Below, in pieces: positions 26,475 through 36,462 of a DNA stretch of 64,000 bases. Source of the DNA: Myxococcota bacterium. Lineage in GTDB: Bacteria; Myxococcota_A; SURF-8. Position 1 is the first letter of the stretch, and every line of letters begins with the position of its first letter. Under the pieces are notes generated by a model. The model was not told the origin of the DNA. It did no database searches and was given only the letters and a program-made list of their open reading frames with translations. The stretch is taken from positions 128,001 through 192,000 of the forward strand of contig OZ223209.1 in assembly GCA_965140415.1 (NCBI GenBank). Reading direction: 5' to 3'. A program made the translations under genes and the position numbers.

Positions 26475-27563
26475 TTAGCGGCAGCTGAACCAGTTACCCG
26501 GATCGACGGCTTTTCCGCTGTGGCGCAGCTCGAAGTATAAAAAGGAACCTTTCAGGCTACCGGTATCGCCAACGTAGCCGATCAACTCTCCGGCTTGTAG
26601 TTTCTGCCCCTTGCTGTGCGTCAACTCCCTCAGATGAGCGTAGAGCGTGTAGTACTTTTCTCCGTGATCCAATACAATCAGATTGCCGAAGCCGCGCAGG
26701 CGACCGGCAAACAACACCACGGCAGAAAAAGGTGCTTTGATCGGATGACCGTTTGGCGCGCGCAGATCCAGTCCGCCATGAAAGCGCCGTTCGCGATCTT
26801 CTTTGAGTTCGCCGAAGTCGACTTCGATTTTCCCCGAGACCGGGCAGGGCAGTTGTCCTTTGCTGTCGGAAAAGGAACGCTGTGTTGAGGTGGAGGATTT
26901 TTCTGTTTGTGGAGCGGCCTGCAAGGTCGCGACTTTTCGGGATAGCTGTTTGTTGGCGTCGGCCAGTTCGCGCTGGGCTTGTTCGCGTAGCGCCTTTTCT
27001 TTCTGGACACGTTTTAAAAATGCCTTGCGCTCGGCCAATTTACCGTCCAGTTGTTTGCGTTGCTCGGCTAAGGACAACAATAGTGCGTCCAGTTCGCGTT
27101 TGCTCTTTTCCAGCGCATTTCGTTTACTCTGCCAGTCGGCCACACCGTTTTGATAGGTGGCAATGATCGCCCGATCGGCTTTCGCCAGCCGCGACAGATA
27201 CTGATTGCGCATCACGAATTCGCTGAAGTCGCCGGAAGCCAGCAGGTATTCCCAGTCGCCCAGCGATTGCAGCTTGTAGGTTTCGCGGATGCGCAAGGCT
27301 AAAAGCGATTGTTGCCGCTCGATTTTTTCCTGACTTTGCTTTACATGCTTGTGGCTGGTGGCCATCTGCTCATCGAGTTGTTTTTGCTTTTCTTCCAACT
27401 CTCGAATACGCGCCTTGGTGGAACCCAGCCTGGATTCCAGCTTTTCCAATTGATCCAGAATCGAGGTGGCCTGCCCTTCTACCGCCAACGGAGACCGCGC
27501 ACAGGGCCACATCGCAAAACAGCCCACGATCAGCAGCATCGCGACCCAGCGGCAGTGCGGCAT
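26475..27563 (-). CDS. envC: EnvC-like murein hydrolase activator / M23 peptidase
   Basis: Signal peptide, long coiled coil and M23 domain (HGGLD, YAHL, LYFELR). Translationally coupled to ftsX (ATGA overlap). Confidence 0.85.
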   Translation of the reverse strand: MPHCRWVAMLLIVGCFAMWPCARSPLAVEGQATSILDQLEKLESRLGSTKARIRELEEKQKQLDEQMATSHKHVKQSQEKIERQQSLLALRIRETYKLQSLGDWEYLLASGDFSEFVMRNQYLSRLAKADRAIIATYQNGVADWQSKRNALEKSKRELDALLLSLAEQRKQLDGKLAERKAFLKRVQKEKALREQAQRELADANKQLSRKVATLQAAPQTEKSSTSTQRSFSDSKGQLPCPVSGKIEVDFGELKEDRERRFHGGLDLRAPNGHPIKAPFSAVVLFAGRLRGFGNLIVLDHGEKYYTLYAHLRELTHSKGQKLQAGELIGYVGDTGSLKGSFLYFELRHSGKAVDPGNWFSCR

Positions 27564-28462
27564 CAGATGGCCCTCCAGAAACGACCCAGCGCCACGAAAG
27601 ATCCGGTCGCTCCCAGTAACGCCGCCGCACAAAGGAACAACACAATCTGCCAAATAGAGAGGAAGGAAAAATGAACCGCGCCGAAAGGTCCGGCCAGCGC
27701 TTGCGAGAGCGGCGTCAAGGAGAGATGAAATAGACCGTAAGCCAATGCCAGGGAAAGCAGGGCACTAGACAGGCCCGATAGCAGCCCCTCGATTAAAAAG
27801 GGCCAGCGAATAAACCAGCGCGTCGCACCGACCACCTGCAAAATGTCCAGTTCTTCCCGGCGTGCATAGAGGTTTAAACGGATGGTGTTGGCCGACAGAA
27901 AGAGCACCGCCACCATCAACGCCAGACCCAGTAAGGCGCCAATAACGCGCAACAGGCCGATCAATGCGGAAAGCTTGCTGAACAGCTCGCGTCCGAACAG
28001 CGCATCTTCAACCCCGGGCAGCTTCGCGATTTCCGCCGCCAGCCGATCCAGTTGTTCGGTGGTCTGCGTTTCTTTGGCCAGTTCCAATTCCAAACTGGCG
28101 GGTAACGGATTTTCCGGCAGACCCTGCAATACATCCGCGCCACCGGGAAAATCGGCCAGAAAACGCTCCTTGGCGTCGGATGCCGTGACGAAAAAGGCAT
28201 TTCCGATTTCCGGGCGTTGCCGTAGAGAAAGCGCCAGATCCTGCGCCTGCTGCGGCGTGACATCTGCTTGCAGAAAGACCGTCATGCGCACCGAGCCGAT
28301 CCAGCGATCCGCCAGTTGTTCGACATTTAAAAAAATCAGCGCGTAGCCGTTAAACAGCAGAAACAGCACCATCAACATGGCGATGGTCGCTGTAGTAAGC
28401 CAGGGTGCGCGACGCATCGATTCGAGCGCCTTGCCGATAAAATAACGAAAGCGCCGGATCAT
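27563..28462 (-). CDS. ftsX: Cell division permease FtsX
   Basis: Four TM segments; [19 protein letters not shown] and [14 protein letters not shown] motifs. Confidence 0.95.
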   Translation of the reverse strand: MIRRFRYFIGKALESMRRAPWLTTATIAMLMVLFLLFNGYALIFLNVEQLADRWIGSVRMTVFLQADVTPQQAQDLALSLRQRPEIGNAFFVTASDAKERFLADFPGGADVLQGLPENPLPASLELELAKETQTTEQLDRLAAEIAKLPGVEDALFGRELFSKLSALIGLLRVIGALLGLALMVAVLFLSANTIRLNLYARREELDILQVVGATRWFIRWPFLIEGLLSGLSSALLSLALAYGLFHLSLTPLSQALAGPFGAVHFSFLSIWQIVLFLCAAALLGATGSFVALGRFWRAI

Positions 28463-29202
28463 CCGCGCCCCCTCTCCGAGCGGCGTCGTCCGACAGCCGA
28501 AGCCGCCGCCTGCGCCCTCGCCTCCTGCTGCTCCAGCTTGATTTCCGAATCGAAGACCGCCCGCCCGTCTTCCAGTCGCACCGCGCGCCGTCCGGTTTTT
28601 TCATACAAGCGCCGATCGTGGGTGGCCAACAGCACCGTCGTGCCGCGTGCATTGGCTTCGTTGAACAGGCGGATGATGTCCTGGGTGGTGTCTTCATCGA
28701 GATTGCCGGTCGGCTCATCGGCCAGCAGAATGGCCGGTTCGTTGATCAGCGCCCGCGCCACCGCCACGCGCTGCTGCTCGCCGCCGGAAAGCTCCTCCGG
28801 ATAGGCGCGCATGCGATGCGACAATCCAACGTTTTTCAGCATCAGGCGTACGCGCCGGTCGATATCGCGTTTCGGTCGATACAATACTTCTAACGGTAGC
28901 GCCACATTTTCGTACACGCTGCGCCGGGGCAGCAGGCGGAAATCCTGAAAGACCACGCCGATTTTGCGTCGCAGAAAAGGAATCGATCCGGGACTGATGC
29001 GCGACACGTTGCGGCCCATCACCAGAACCTGGCCATCCGTAGGTTGGATGTCACAGAAAATCAGTTGTAATAACGTAGTCTTACCTGCACCGCTGGAGCC
29101 GGTCAGGTACAGAAAGTCGCCCTTCTCCACCTGAAGATTGATATCCACCAGCACCGGCTGATCGACCTGGTAAGATTTCGATACATGAAAAAGTTGTATC
29201 AT
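28459..29202 (-). CDS. ftsE: Cell division ATP-binding protein FtsE
   Basis: [33 protein letters not shown] and ADEPTGNLD motifs. Start at ATG 29202 (MIQLFHVSK). Confidence 0.95.
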   Translation of the reverse strand: MIQLFHVSKSYQVDQPVLVDINLQVEKGDFLYLTGSSGAGKTTLLQLIFCDIQPTDGQVLVMGRNVSRISPGSIPFLRRKIGVVFQDFRLLPRRSVYENVALPLEVLYRPKRDIDRRVRLMLKNVGLSHRMRAYPEELSGGEQQRVAVARALINEPAILLADEPTGNLDEDTTQDIIRLFNEANARGTTVLLATHDRRLYEKTGRRAVRLEDGRAVFDSEIKLEQQEARAQAAASAVGRRRSERGRG

Positions 29203-29243
29203 ATCAACAACCTGTAAAAAATATGCACCCGCACGGCGTAATA

Positions 29244-29741
29244 CTAGCGGCCCAGGCCGCCTAACAGATCGCGCGCCGGAAAGACCGATAGGTGTGTAAA
29301 ACGCCAACCCTGCCCTGCTCTGGCCAATTTGGCGTCGAAGCCTACCATTGCCGATTCTAAATAAGATTTCGCCTGGTTACGCTTGTATTGAACCGTAGCC
29401 TGAGCCGTGGCCACATCGCCTTCGACCGTGACCGACAAGCGCAGCAACGTCAGTTTCGAACCTTGGATCTGGGGAACCTGTCGCTCGGCCATTTCCAAGA
29501 ACTTGGCTTGCTCGCCTTTGCCGAAGGTCGGCGAGCGTCTCATAAACGATAAGCGGAAGCCGAAGCGTTCCAAATCGACCAGAGGGAGATAATCGTTGGC
29601 TTCGTAGCCGGGCAACTGCTGCACAAGTTCGGTCAGCCAGCTTTCCAAACGTTCTTCCTCCGATTCGACCAGCAGATCGTACAAGAAGGCGGCACCCAGC
29701 GCAAGAGCGACTATAACTATTAGTAATCCCACACGTTTCAT
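29244..29741 (-). CDS. Hypothetical exported or membrane-anchored protein (possible NTF2-like fold)
   Basis: N-terminal hydrophobic helix after MKR; C-terminal VTVEGDVATA...LARAGQGWRF. Confidence 0.55.
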   Translation of the reverse strand: MKRVGLLIVIVALALGAAFLYDLLVESEEERLESWLTELVQQLPGYEANDYLPLVDLERFGFRLSFMRRSPTFGKGEQAKFLEMAERQVPQIQGSKLTLLRLSVTVEGDVATAQATVQYKRNQAKSYLESAMVGFDAKLARAGQGWRFTHLSVFPARDLLGGLGR

Positions 29742-29935
29742 CGTTTCATCCTTTGACGCAAAGCGTAACGATTCCGTGTTTTCAAGCAAGGATCGAGCAA
29801 GATCCCCATAAAGCGTCGGTTTTCAACTTGACATCGGCCATAATGGCACTATGTTCAGTTATGGAATAAATCACTCCCGATGACCACTCCAGTTTCGGGA
29901 TAGGCAAACCAGCTTCGATTCAAGGAGAAAGAACA

Positions 29936-30262
29936 ATGAGCGATAACGTACTGCATGTCAGTGATGCCGATTTCGAACAGGAAGTCATCAATTCCGATAT
30001 TCCGACCCTGGTGGACTTTTGGGCCCCTTGGTGCGGTCCCTGCAAATTCATCGGTCCGATCATCGAAGAACTGGCCCCCGAATACAGCGGGAAAGTCAAA
30101 TTCGTCAAGGTCAATACCGACGACAGCCAGAACACGGCCATGAAACTGGGCATCCGTTCAATTCCGACTCTGATCCTGTTCAAAGCCGGTCAGGTTGCCG
30201 ATCACCGCATTGGCGCCATGCAAAAAGACCAGCTCAAGCAATTCATCGATTCCAACCTGTAA
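29936..30262 (+). CDS. trxA: Thioredoxin
   Basis: VDFWAPWCGPCK and IRSIPTL motifs; 108 aa. Confidence 0.97.
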   Translation: MSDNVLHVSDADFEQEVINSDIPTLVDFWAPWCGPCKFIGPIIEELAPEYSGKVKFVKVNTDDSQNTAMKLGIRSIPTLILFKAGQVADHRIGAMQKDQLKQFIDSNL

Positions 30263-30273
30263 TCGATTTCCTT

Positions 30274-30308
30274 CCGCCTCCGGCATTGTCGGAGGCGGTT
30301 TCATTTTT
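30274..30308 (+). terminator. Intrinsic terminator after trxA
   Basis: CCGCCTCCGGCA/TGTCGGAGGCGG stem followed by a T-rich tail. Confidence 0.7.
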
Positions 30309-30331
30309 ATGACAGGGCGAATGCGTCCCCG

Positions 30332-31237
30332 TTATTCATCATCGCTATCAAGCTGTGGCGCGAGCTGCTTGGCTGCCGGTTTTTCCTTAAGTCGTTGATA
30401 GTCATTGTGTTCCGTCACCAGCGTAAAATCCGAATCCGCATCGATACGCGCCCAATCGCTAAAGCCCATCGCCTGCGCTCTGGATAGCGCCCAGATCGCC
30501 TTGGTCGTATCGCCCAGCCGGCAATAGCTGGCGGCCAAGTTGATCCAGCCTTCGACGTACTCCGGCGAAGTATGCGTGACCACTATGAATTCCTGCATGG
30601 CGCGTTCATTTTTTCCAGCTCCCAGATAGGCGATTCCCAGGTTGAAATGTCCGGCCACGTAGCGAGGATCTTTGGATAAGACCTTGTGCAATTCGGTAAC
30701 CGCTTCGCTGTAACGTTTCTGCGCGATCAGGCTGGCTCCCAATGAACTGCGAATCGGGATGCTGTCCGGATCCGAACGCAGAAAACGCCGGTAGCATTCT
30801 TCCGCCTGAGTGTATTTCTGCTGATCGTAATACAAATCGCCTAAAATGCGGTTCGCCTCGGGATGATAGGGGCTAAGCTTGACCAGCTTTTCATAAGCCG
30901 CCTGCATTTCCTGTTTTTTATTCTGTTTGCGGTAGCATTCTCCCAAGCGCTCGTAGGTATCCGGAAAATCGGGTTTCAAGGCCATCGCCAGCTCGAACTG
31001 CTCACAGGCCAATTCCCAGTTTTCAAGATTCCGAGCGCATTGGGCGATGCTGTAATGGGCGTCGAAGCTGGGGCCTTCATACTCCATCAGCATGCGATAT
31101 TCCGCGATCGCGCCTTCGTAGTCTCCCATGGAATAGTACCGGTCGGCGCGTTTTCTGGTGAGATCCGCCGTGCTACAGGCAACCAGCGCAAACGCGAAGA
31201 GCAGCACTGCCACAACAATCAGATTCATGCGATGCAT
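30332..31237 (-). CDS. TPR-repeat lipoprotein
   Basis: Lipobox LVAC, about 7 TPRs and a C-terminal GFSDWARIDADSDF capping motif. Confidence 0.85.
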   Translation of the reverse strand: MHRMNLIVVAVLLFAFALVACSTADLTRKRADRYYSMGDYEGAIAEYRMLMEYEGPSFDAHYSIAQCARNLENWELACEQFELAMALKPDFPDTYERLGECYRKQNKKQEMQAAYEKLVKLSPYHPEANRILGDLYYDQQKYTQAEECYRRFLRSDPDSIPIRSSLGASLIAQKRYSEAVTELHKVLSKDPRYVAGHFNLGIAYLGAGKNERAMQEFIVVTHTSPEYVEGWINLAASYCRLGDTTKAIWALSRAQAMGFSDWARIDADSDFTLVTEHNDYQRLKEKPAAKQLAPQLDSDDE

Positions 31238-31357
31238 CGTCGCCTCCCAAATGATTCGATATTGAATATAACCATGCTGGCCAACTGTAACAGAATCGCT
31301 CCGGCTTGGCAAGCGCTCTCACGAGCATCTTTGTTTGATACAGGGCGTACCACCAGG

Positions 31358-31456
31358 TATTGCAAATCAGCCTTATTTCTGTGTGGCGCGGGCTTAAGCC
31401 GCAGGCTTGCCCGTGTTCGAGAGCGCTCCGTTTCTCTCCGCTTGGCTCATGCCACC
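31358..31456. repeat. Dispersed REPIN-like element family A, copy 3 (internally deleted)
   Basis: GTGGCGCGGGCTTAAGCCGCAGGCTTGCCCGTGTTCGA..GCTCCGTTTCTC..CATGCCACC; lacks the CACATGGGCAA segment. Confidence 0.8.
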
Positions 31457-31469
31457 AGTCTTTTCCGCA

Positions 31470-31609
31470 ATAGAGTAGGTATTACTCATTTCTGTCCATC
31501 GAGTAATTACGATGTGCCATGGTCTCACGGAATGGAAATTCCGGGAGGCCGTGTATAACTACAAGAAAACACACAGCCTTCAAATTAGTGGCTAAAAATG
31601 ATTAAGAAC
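31470..31609. repeat. Dispersed structured element family B, copy lacking 40 nt
   Basis: Near-identical to 12166-12344 minus 12277-12316. Confidence 0.85.
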
Positions 31610-31643
31610 TGCAATGTCTTGTATGGGAAGGTGTTCCGACCAC

Positions 31644-31667
31644 AAAAAAACCCCGCCGAAGCGGGGT
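31644..31667 (-). terminator. Intrinsic terminator after iorB
   Basis: ACCCCGC-TTCG-GCGGGGT hairpin followed by a U-tract on the minus strand. Confidence 0.8.
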
Positions 31668-31691
31668 GTAGCAATCTTAATGGAAATCTGA

Positions 31692-32273
31692 TTACGCCAG
31701 TGCTTCGCCTGCGGCAAAGGCGCGCATGTTGACGTCCAAAATTTTCTTGGGCAGCCGTTCGGTCAAGGCGTCGATCCAGGCTTCGCGCGGGAACTGCAAC
31801 TGCTTGGACATCAGACCCAACAGAATCACATTGACCACGCGTAAATTGCCCAGTTCTTCGGCCATATCGCGCGCCGGAACCAGGTGCAGATTTTTGAATT
31901 TACTGGATAATTCCTCGTTGACGTTCTCCGGATACTCCTGCAAGCTGGTGGCGGTCGTTAAGGTGTGGATCTGCTGATCGTTCACCAGCGCCACTGTTTT
32001 CTTGTTGCAAAACGGCATCCAGCGCAAGGGTTCCAGCTTTTCAAAGGAAAGCAGAATATCGACTTCGCCGGTCGGAATGATGGAGCTTGGCACCACCTCG
32101 CCGAAACGGACCTGCGAATTGACGCTGCCACCACGTTGCGCCATGCCGTGTACTTCCGAGCGTTTGACATCGTAGCCCGCGTTCAATGCGACTTTCGCCA
32201 GAATTTCACCGGCCAGCAAAATACCCTGACCGCCGACACCGACCACCAATACGTTCGTAATCGCGCCGCTCAT
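31692..32273 (-). CDS. iorB: Indolepyruvate:ferredoxin oxidoreductase beta subunit
   Basis: GVGGQGILLA and SEVHGMAQRGGSV motifs. Start MSGAITN overlaps the iorA stop. Confidence 0.93.
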   Translation of the reverse strand: MSGAITNVLVVGVGGQGILLAGEILAKVALNAGYDVKRSEVHGMAQRGGSVNSQVRFGEVVPSSIIPTGEVDILLSFEKLEPLRWMPFCNKKTVALVNDQQIHTLTTATSLQEYPENVNEELSSKFKNLHLVPARDMAEELGNLRVVNVILLGLMSKQLQFPREAWIDALTERLPKKILDVNMRAFAAGEALA

Positions 32274-34117
32274 TTCCGGCCTCCTTTCGCCTTGGCCGCC
32301 TGGGCTTTCTTCTGTGCGGCGGCTTTCTTGCGCTTGCGCCGCGCCAGTTCCTTCTTCGCGATCGCCTTGTGCTCGTCTTCCTTGTCGGTGCGGTAGATCG
32401 CCTCGAACTTGCACTGCTGGCTGCAAATGCTGCAACCCACGCACATCACCGGATCGATGCGCGCCAGCCGCTGTTTCTTGTCGTAGAAGATCGCTGGGCA
32501 GCCGACTTTCGCACAAGCGCCGCAACCGACGCAGAGATCGGAATCCACGGCGTAGGGAATCAGCTTGATTTTGCCCCACTCCACGCAGTCGCGTTTGCCG
32601 ATGACCACCGAAGGCTCGTTGTATTCCCAGTGTTTTTGCAACACGGCGCGCACCTGGGCGATGTCATAGGCGTCCACGACATCGACGTATTTGACGCCAC
32701 AGGCTTTCACTAAAGCTTCAAGATCCACTGCGTGGGTTTCTTCGCCACTCAAGCGTTTGCCGGTCACCGGATTGTTCTGATGCCCGGTCATGGCAGTCAC
32801 GCGGTTATCCAGAATGCAGGTGACGAAGGGAGTCTTATTGTGTACGGCATCGATCAGGCCGGTGATGCCCGAATGCATGAAGGTGCTGTCGCCGATGGTG
32901 CAGGCCATGCGGCGGTCTTCTTCCTTACCACGCGCCTGAATCATGCCGGAACTGGCGGAGATCGAAGCGCCCATGCAGATGGTTGTATGCATGGCGGAAA
33001 TGGGTGGCAGCGCGGCCAGCGTGTAGCAGCCGATGTCGCCGAAAACAGTGGCCTTTTCCTGCTTCAGCGCCATGAACATGCCGCGATGCGAACAACCGGC
33101 GCACAGTGCGGGCGGACGTCCGGGGACGGCCACGTCCGTAGCCAACCCTTTTTTGACGCGCTTACCGAAGGCTTTGCGGATGCGGTCTACGTTGTATTCG
33201 CCAAGCAGGCCGGTGCGGTTTTTGCCGCCATCGACCGCAATACCTGCGGCTTTCAGTTGATCTTCCAAAAAGGCGTCGCCCTCTTCCACCACGTACAACT
33301 TTTCAACCTTTTTACGGAAAGTCTTGGCCAGTTGCAGATTCAGCGGATTGGTCAGACCGTATTTCAGTACCCAGGCATCCGGGAAGGCTTCTTTGACATA
33401 TTGATAGCTGACGCCGCTGGTGACGAAGCCGATTTTACTGCTACCCTTTTCAATGCGATTGAAAAGACCGGCTTTGCCCTCGGCCAACAGATCGACCATG
33501 CGCTGCTCGACCACCGGGTGGCGCTTGCGCGCATTCACCGGCAGCATGACGTTTTTCGCAAAGTTGTAGCTGTACTCTTTCAGCGGAAGCTCATTGCGCT
33601 CTTGCAATTCCACCACCGATTGTGAATGGCTGATGCGTGTCGTCACGCGCACCAAAACCAGCGAATCGTAGCGCTCGGACAGCTCGAAGGCGGCCTTGAC
33701 GAATTCCTTGGCCTCGCCCGAATCGGAAGGTTCCAGCAGCGGTACTTTCGCCGCGCGAGCGTAATGACGATTGTCCTGCTCGTTCTGCGAACTGTGAAGT
33801 TCGGGATCGTCCGCCGTGATGACAACCAGTCCGCCGTTGACACCGATGTAACTCATGGAGAACAACGGATCGGCAGCGACGTTCAGCCCGACGTGCTTCA
33901 TGGCGCACAGTACACGCGCCCCGCCCAGCGATGCGCCGCTGGCCACTTCCAGCGCGACCTTTTCGTTGATCGACCACTGCGATTTCAATTCGGGATAACG
34001 TCCGCAGTTCCACAGAATCTCCGTACTGGGAGTCCCCGGATAGGCGACCGCTACATGCGCTCCAGCCTCCCAGGCTCCGCGCGCGATGGCTTCATTGCCG
34101 GAATACACCGCTTTCAT
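32270..34117 (-). CDS. iorA: Indolepyruvate:ferredoxin oxidoreductase alpha subunit
   Basis: GNEAIARG, YPGTPSTE, MKHVGLNVAAD, RPPALCAGCSHR, GDIGCY and GDSTF.HSG motifs, with a 2x[4Fe-4S] C-terminal domain. Confidence 0.95.
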   Translation of the reverse strand: MKAVYSGNEAIARGAWEAGAHVAVAYPGTPSTEILWNCGRYPELKSQWSINEKVALEVASGASLGGARVLCAMKHVGLNVAADPLFSMSYIGVNGGLVVITADDPELHSSQNEQDNRHYARAAKVPLLEPSDSGEAKEFVKAAFELSERYDSLVLVRVTTRISHSQSVVELQERNELPLKEYSYNFAKNVMLPVNARKRHPVVEQRMVDLLAEGKAGLFNRIEKGSSKIGFVTSGVSYQYVKEAFPDAWVLKYGLTNPLNLQLAKTFRKKVEKLYVVEEGDAFLEDQLKAAGIAVDGGKNRTGLLGEYNVDRIRKAFGKRVKKGLATDVAVPGRPPALCAGCSHRGMFMALKQEKATVFGDIGCYTLAALPPISAMHTTICMGASISASSGMIQARGKEEDRRMACTIGDSTFMHSGITGLIDAVHNKTPFVTCILDNRVTAMTGHQNNPVTGKRLSGEETHAVDLEALVKACGVKYVDVVDAYDIAQVRAVLQKHWEYNEPSVVIGKRDCVEWGKIKLIPYAVDSDLCVGCGACAKVGCPAIFYDKKQRLARIDPVMCVGCSICSQQCKFEAIYRTDKEDEHKAIAKKELARRKRKKAAAQKKAQAAKAKGGRK

Positions 34118-34237
34118 CAACACCTCCAAGCTTCCACGATTAGGGTTGCAGGCTTTCCGTGTGATCTAACATACTTATGTACTAGCCCCAATTGTTTTTT
34201 TGTTGCAGCGAGATTTGATCCGCTCTTCGTATTAATT

Positions 34238-35332
34238 TCAGGCGTTTTCGCTCTGACGCAGCTTGGCGTAATCGCGAGCTTCCGCTTCGCCCCGCAATAC
34301 ACGCAGCGCACCGTTTGCCAGCGCTTCCATTTCCAGTTCGCCCGGCACCGTTTCAAGCGGAGCCAGCTTTTCGATCCACTGCGATAGTTCCTTCAGGAAT
34401 ACAGCCGATTTTGCCAGACCGCCGGTCAGCACAATCAATTCCGCGCCGCCGCAAGCGACCGACATCGCACCGATTTCCTTGGCCACCTGATAGGCCATGG
34501 CCCGCCAGATCAGCCCGGCCTGTTCCTCGCCGTCTAAAACACGACGCTCGACTTCGAGCATGTCCATCGTGCCCAGATGATCGCAAACACCGCCCGTTTT
34601 CAGTAAGCGCCGGGTAATGCTATCTTTACTGGCACCTTCTGAAAAGCATAGTGAAACCAAGGAGGTAGCTGGTACCGAACCGGCGCGCTGCGGTGAAAAC
34701 GGTCCCATGTCGTTGGCGTTATTGACATCCACGCAGCAGCCCTGCCGATGCGCCGACACGCTGATGCCGGTGCCCAGATGCGCCACCACCAGATTGCTTT
34801 TTTCGTAGGTCAAACCGCGCCGTTCGCAGGCCAGCCGCGCAGTATAGCGGCTGTTCAAGGCATGCCACAACGAACGCCGGGGAGTATCTTTGAGTCCGCC
34901 GATGCGGGCAACATCCGTGAATTCGTCCACGCTGACCGGATCGACCACGAACGCCGGTTTATCACGCGCCGCCATCAACTTGCGCGCCATCAATGCACCC
35001 AGCAGGCTGGGGTGATCAGTCAGAATACGACCTTCCATGATGTCGGAAACCATGCGGCCATCGACGGCGTAGGTGCCGGCAGGCAGCGGCTGCAAAGGAC
35101 CGCCGCGCGCCGCCACGGCGTCCAGGATATCCACATCGATTCCCCATTTGTGGATCAGTTCGCCGATGCCGTAGAGTCGGTACTTGACCTGATCCACCGA
35201 GCGCTTGAACATCTCCAGATCGCGCGGCTCGTGCTGGATATTCTCCGAATGCAGGCACTGCTCGTCTTCGTAATAGGCGACTTTGGTGGAGATTCCACCG
35301 GGGTTTAATACCAGAATATGCTTTACGCTCAT
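34238..35332 (-). CDS. buk: Butyrate / branched-chain carboxylate kinase
   Basis: ILVLNPG..STK, RGGPL.P...GTY, VDPVSVDE, HALN, HLGTGIS, AMAYQVAKEIG and PGE.EMEALA motifs. Confidence 0.92.
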   Translation of the reverse strand: MSVKHILVLNPGGISTKVAYYEDEQCLHSENIQHEPRDLEMFKRSVDQVKYRLYGIGELIHKWGIDVDILDAVAARGGPLQPLPAGTYAVDGRMVSDIMEGRILTDHPSLLGALMARKLMAARDKPAFVVDPVSVDEFTDVARIGGLKDTPRRSLWHALNSRYTARLACERRGLTYEKSNLVVAHLGTGISVSAHRQGCCVDVNNANDMGPFSPQRAGSVPATSLVSLCFSEGASKDSITRRLLKTGGVCDHLGTMDMLEVERRVLDGEEQAGLIWRAMAYQVAKEIGAMSVACGGAELIVLTGGLAKSAVFLKELSQWIEKLAPLETVPGELEMEALANGALRVLRGEAEARDYAKLRQSENA

Positions 35333-36240
35333 GCTTTGGCTCCCGGCAACATGGCGATGGCGGCGGAGATGGAACGCAGCCGCACTTCAGGCGTATCCAC
35401 GCGCGAAAGCGACACGATCGGAATGCGGGCGCCTACAACCACGCCGCTGCCCTGGCCACCATTGAAAATAAGGGCTTTGGTCATAGCGTTACAGGGGGTG
35501 ATGTCCGGCGCGACGATCGCGTCCACGTCTCCGGCGATCTCGCTTTTGTAGTCTTTGATGATCTTTGCCTGCGGATTCAGGCAGAGGTCGACCGCCATCG
35601 GACCTTCGATCTTGGCTTCGCCGAATTCCCCCGCTTTGGCCATGCGCACCACTTCGGCCCATTCCTCGGTTTCGAAATCGTCGGGCATGACTTTTTCCAC
35701 GTAGGAAAGCAGGCCGATTTTCGGGCAATCATAGCCCAGTTGATGGAAAGCCTTGACGGTATTGCGCACGATACCGATTTTATGCTTGAGCTTGGGATGC
35801 CGGATCAGGCCGCCGTCGGTGGTGCCGAACAATTTCGGATAGTTGTCGATGCGCAACAGTGCGATATGCGACAACAAACCGCCGTTGGCCAAGCCCGCCT
35901 GCTTATCCAGCACCGCCGAAAACAGATCGTGCGTGGTCATGTGACCCTTCATCAACAGATCCGCTTCGCCTTCGCGCACGGCGGAAACCGCTCGCAATGC
36001 ACAGGCATTGTCACTTTCTTCACAATTGTGAATCGTGCAGTCCAGCGGCAATTCCAGGCGCTCGATGATTTCCTCTATTTTTTTGCGATTGCCGAACAGC
36101 ACCGGCTCGATCAGTCCTTTTTGCTGCGCCAGCACCAGCCCGCCCAAGACCAGTTCATCTTCGGCCCGCGCCACCGCAAGTCGTTTTACACCACGCCCGA
36201 CAGCCAGGCTTAACAGTTCGTCGAAATCTCTAAGCGCCAT
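35329..36240 (-). CDS. ptb: Phosphate butyryltransferase / phosphate acyltransferase
   Basis: VREGEADLLMKG, LLSH, TDGG, EGPMAVD, AGDVD and VVGARIPIV..SR motifs; adjacent to buk. Confidence 0.88.
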   Translation of the reverse strand: MALRDFDELLSLAVGRGVKRLAVARAEDELVLGGLVLAQQKGLIEPVLFGNRKKIEEIIERLELPLDCTIHNCEESDNACALRAVSAVREGEADLLMKGHMTTHDLFSAVLDKQAGLANGGLLSHIALLRIDNYPKLFGTTDGGLIRHPKLKHKIGIVRNTVKAFHQLGYDCPKIGLLSYVEKVMPDDFETEEWAEVVRMAKAGEFGEAKIEGPMAVDLCLNPQAKIIKDYKSEIAGDVDAIVAPDITPCNAMTKALIFNGGQGSGVVVGARIPIVSLSRVDTPEVRLRSISAAIAMLPGAKA

Positions 36241-36462
36241 CAGCTTTCACTCCACTCGTTACTGTTCCATAAGAGAGCCAGCCCCGCGATCAACAGCGGA
36301 ACCACGACTCATACAACCAGATGTTTCAATACCTTATTTCGTATCTTGACGTTTCATGACGCTGTTTGTTGTTTCGCGCCACGATAAAACGAACGCCGGA
36401 CAAACAGGGGCCTTGCGTCTGTACGCCGCCCCTGAAAGCCTCTGTCCGATATACTCATGATT

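Noticed and set aside
32274..32579. Long N-terminal extension of iorB in the ORF track
   Set aside because: It overlaps the iorA 3' end. Homology begins at MSGAITN (32273) with ATGA coupling.
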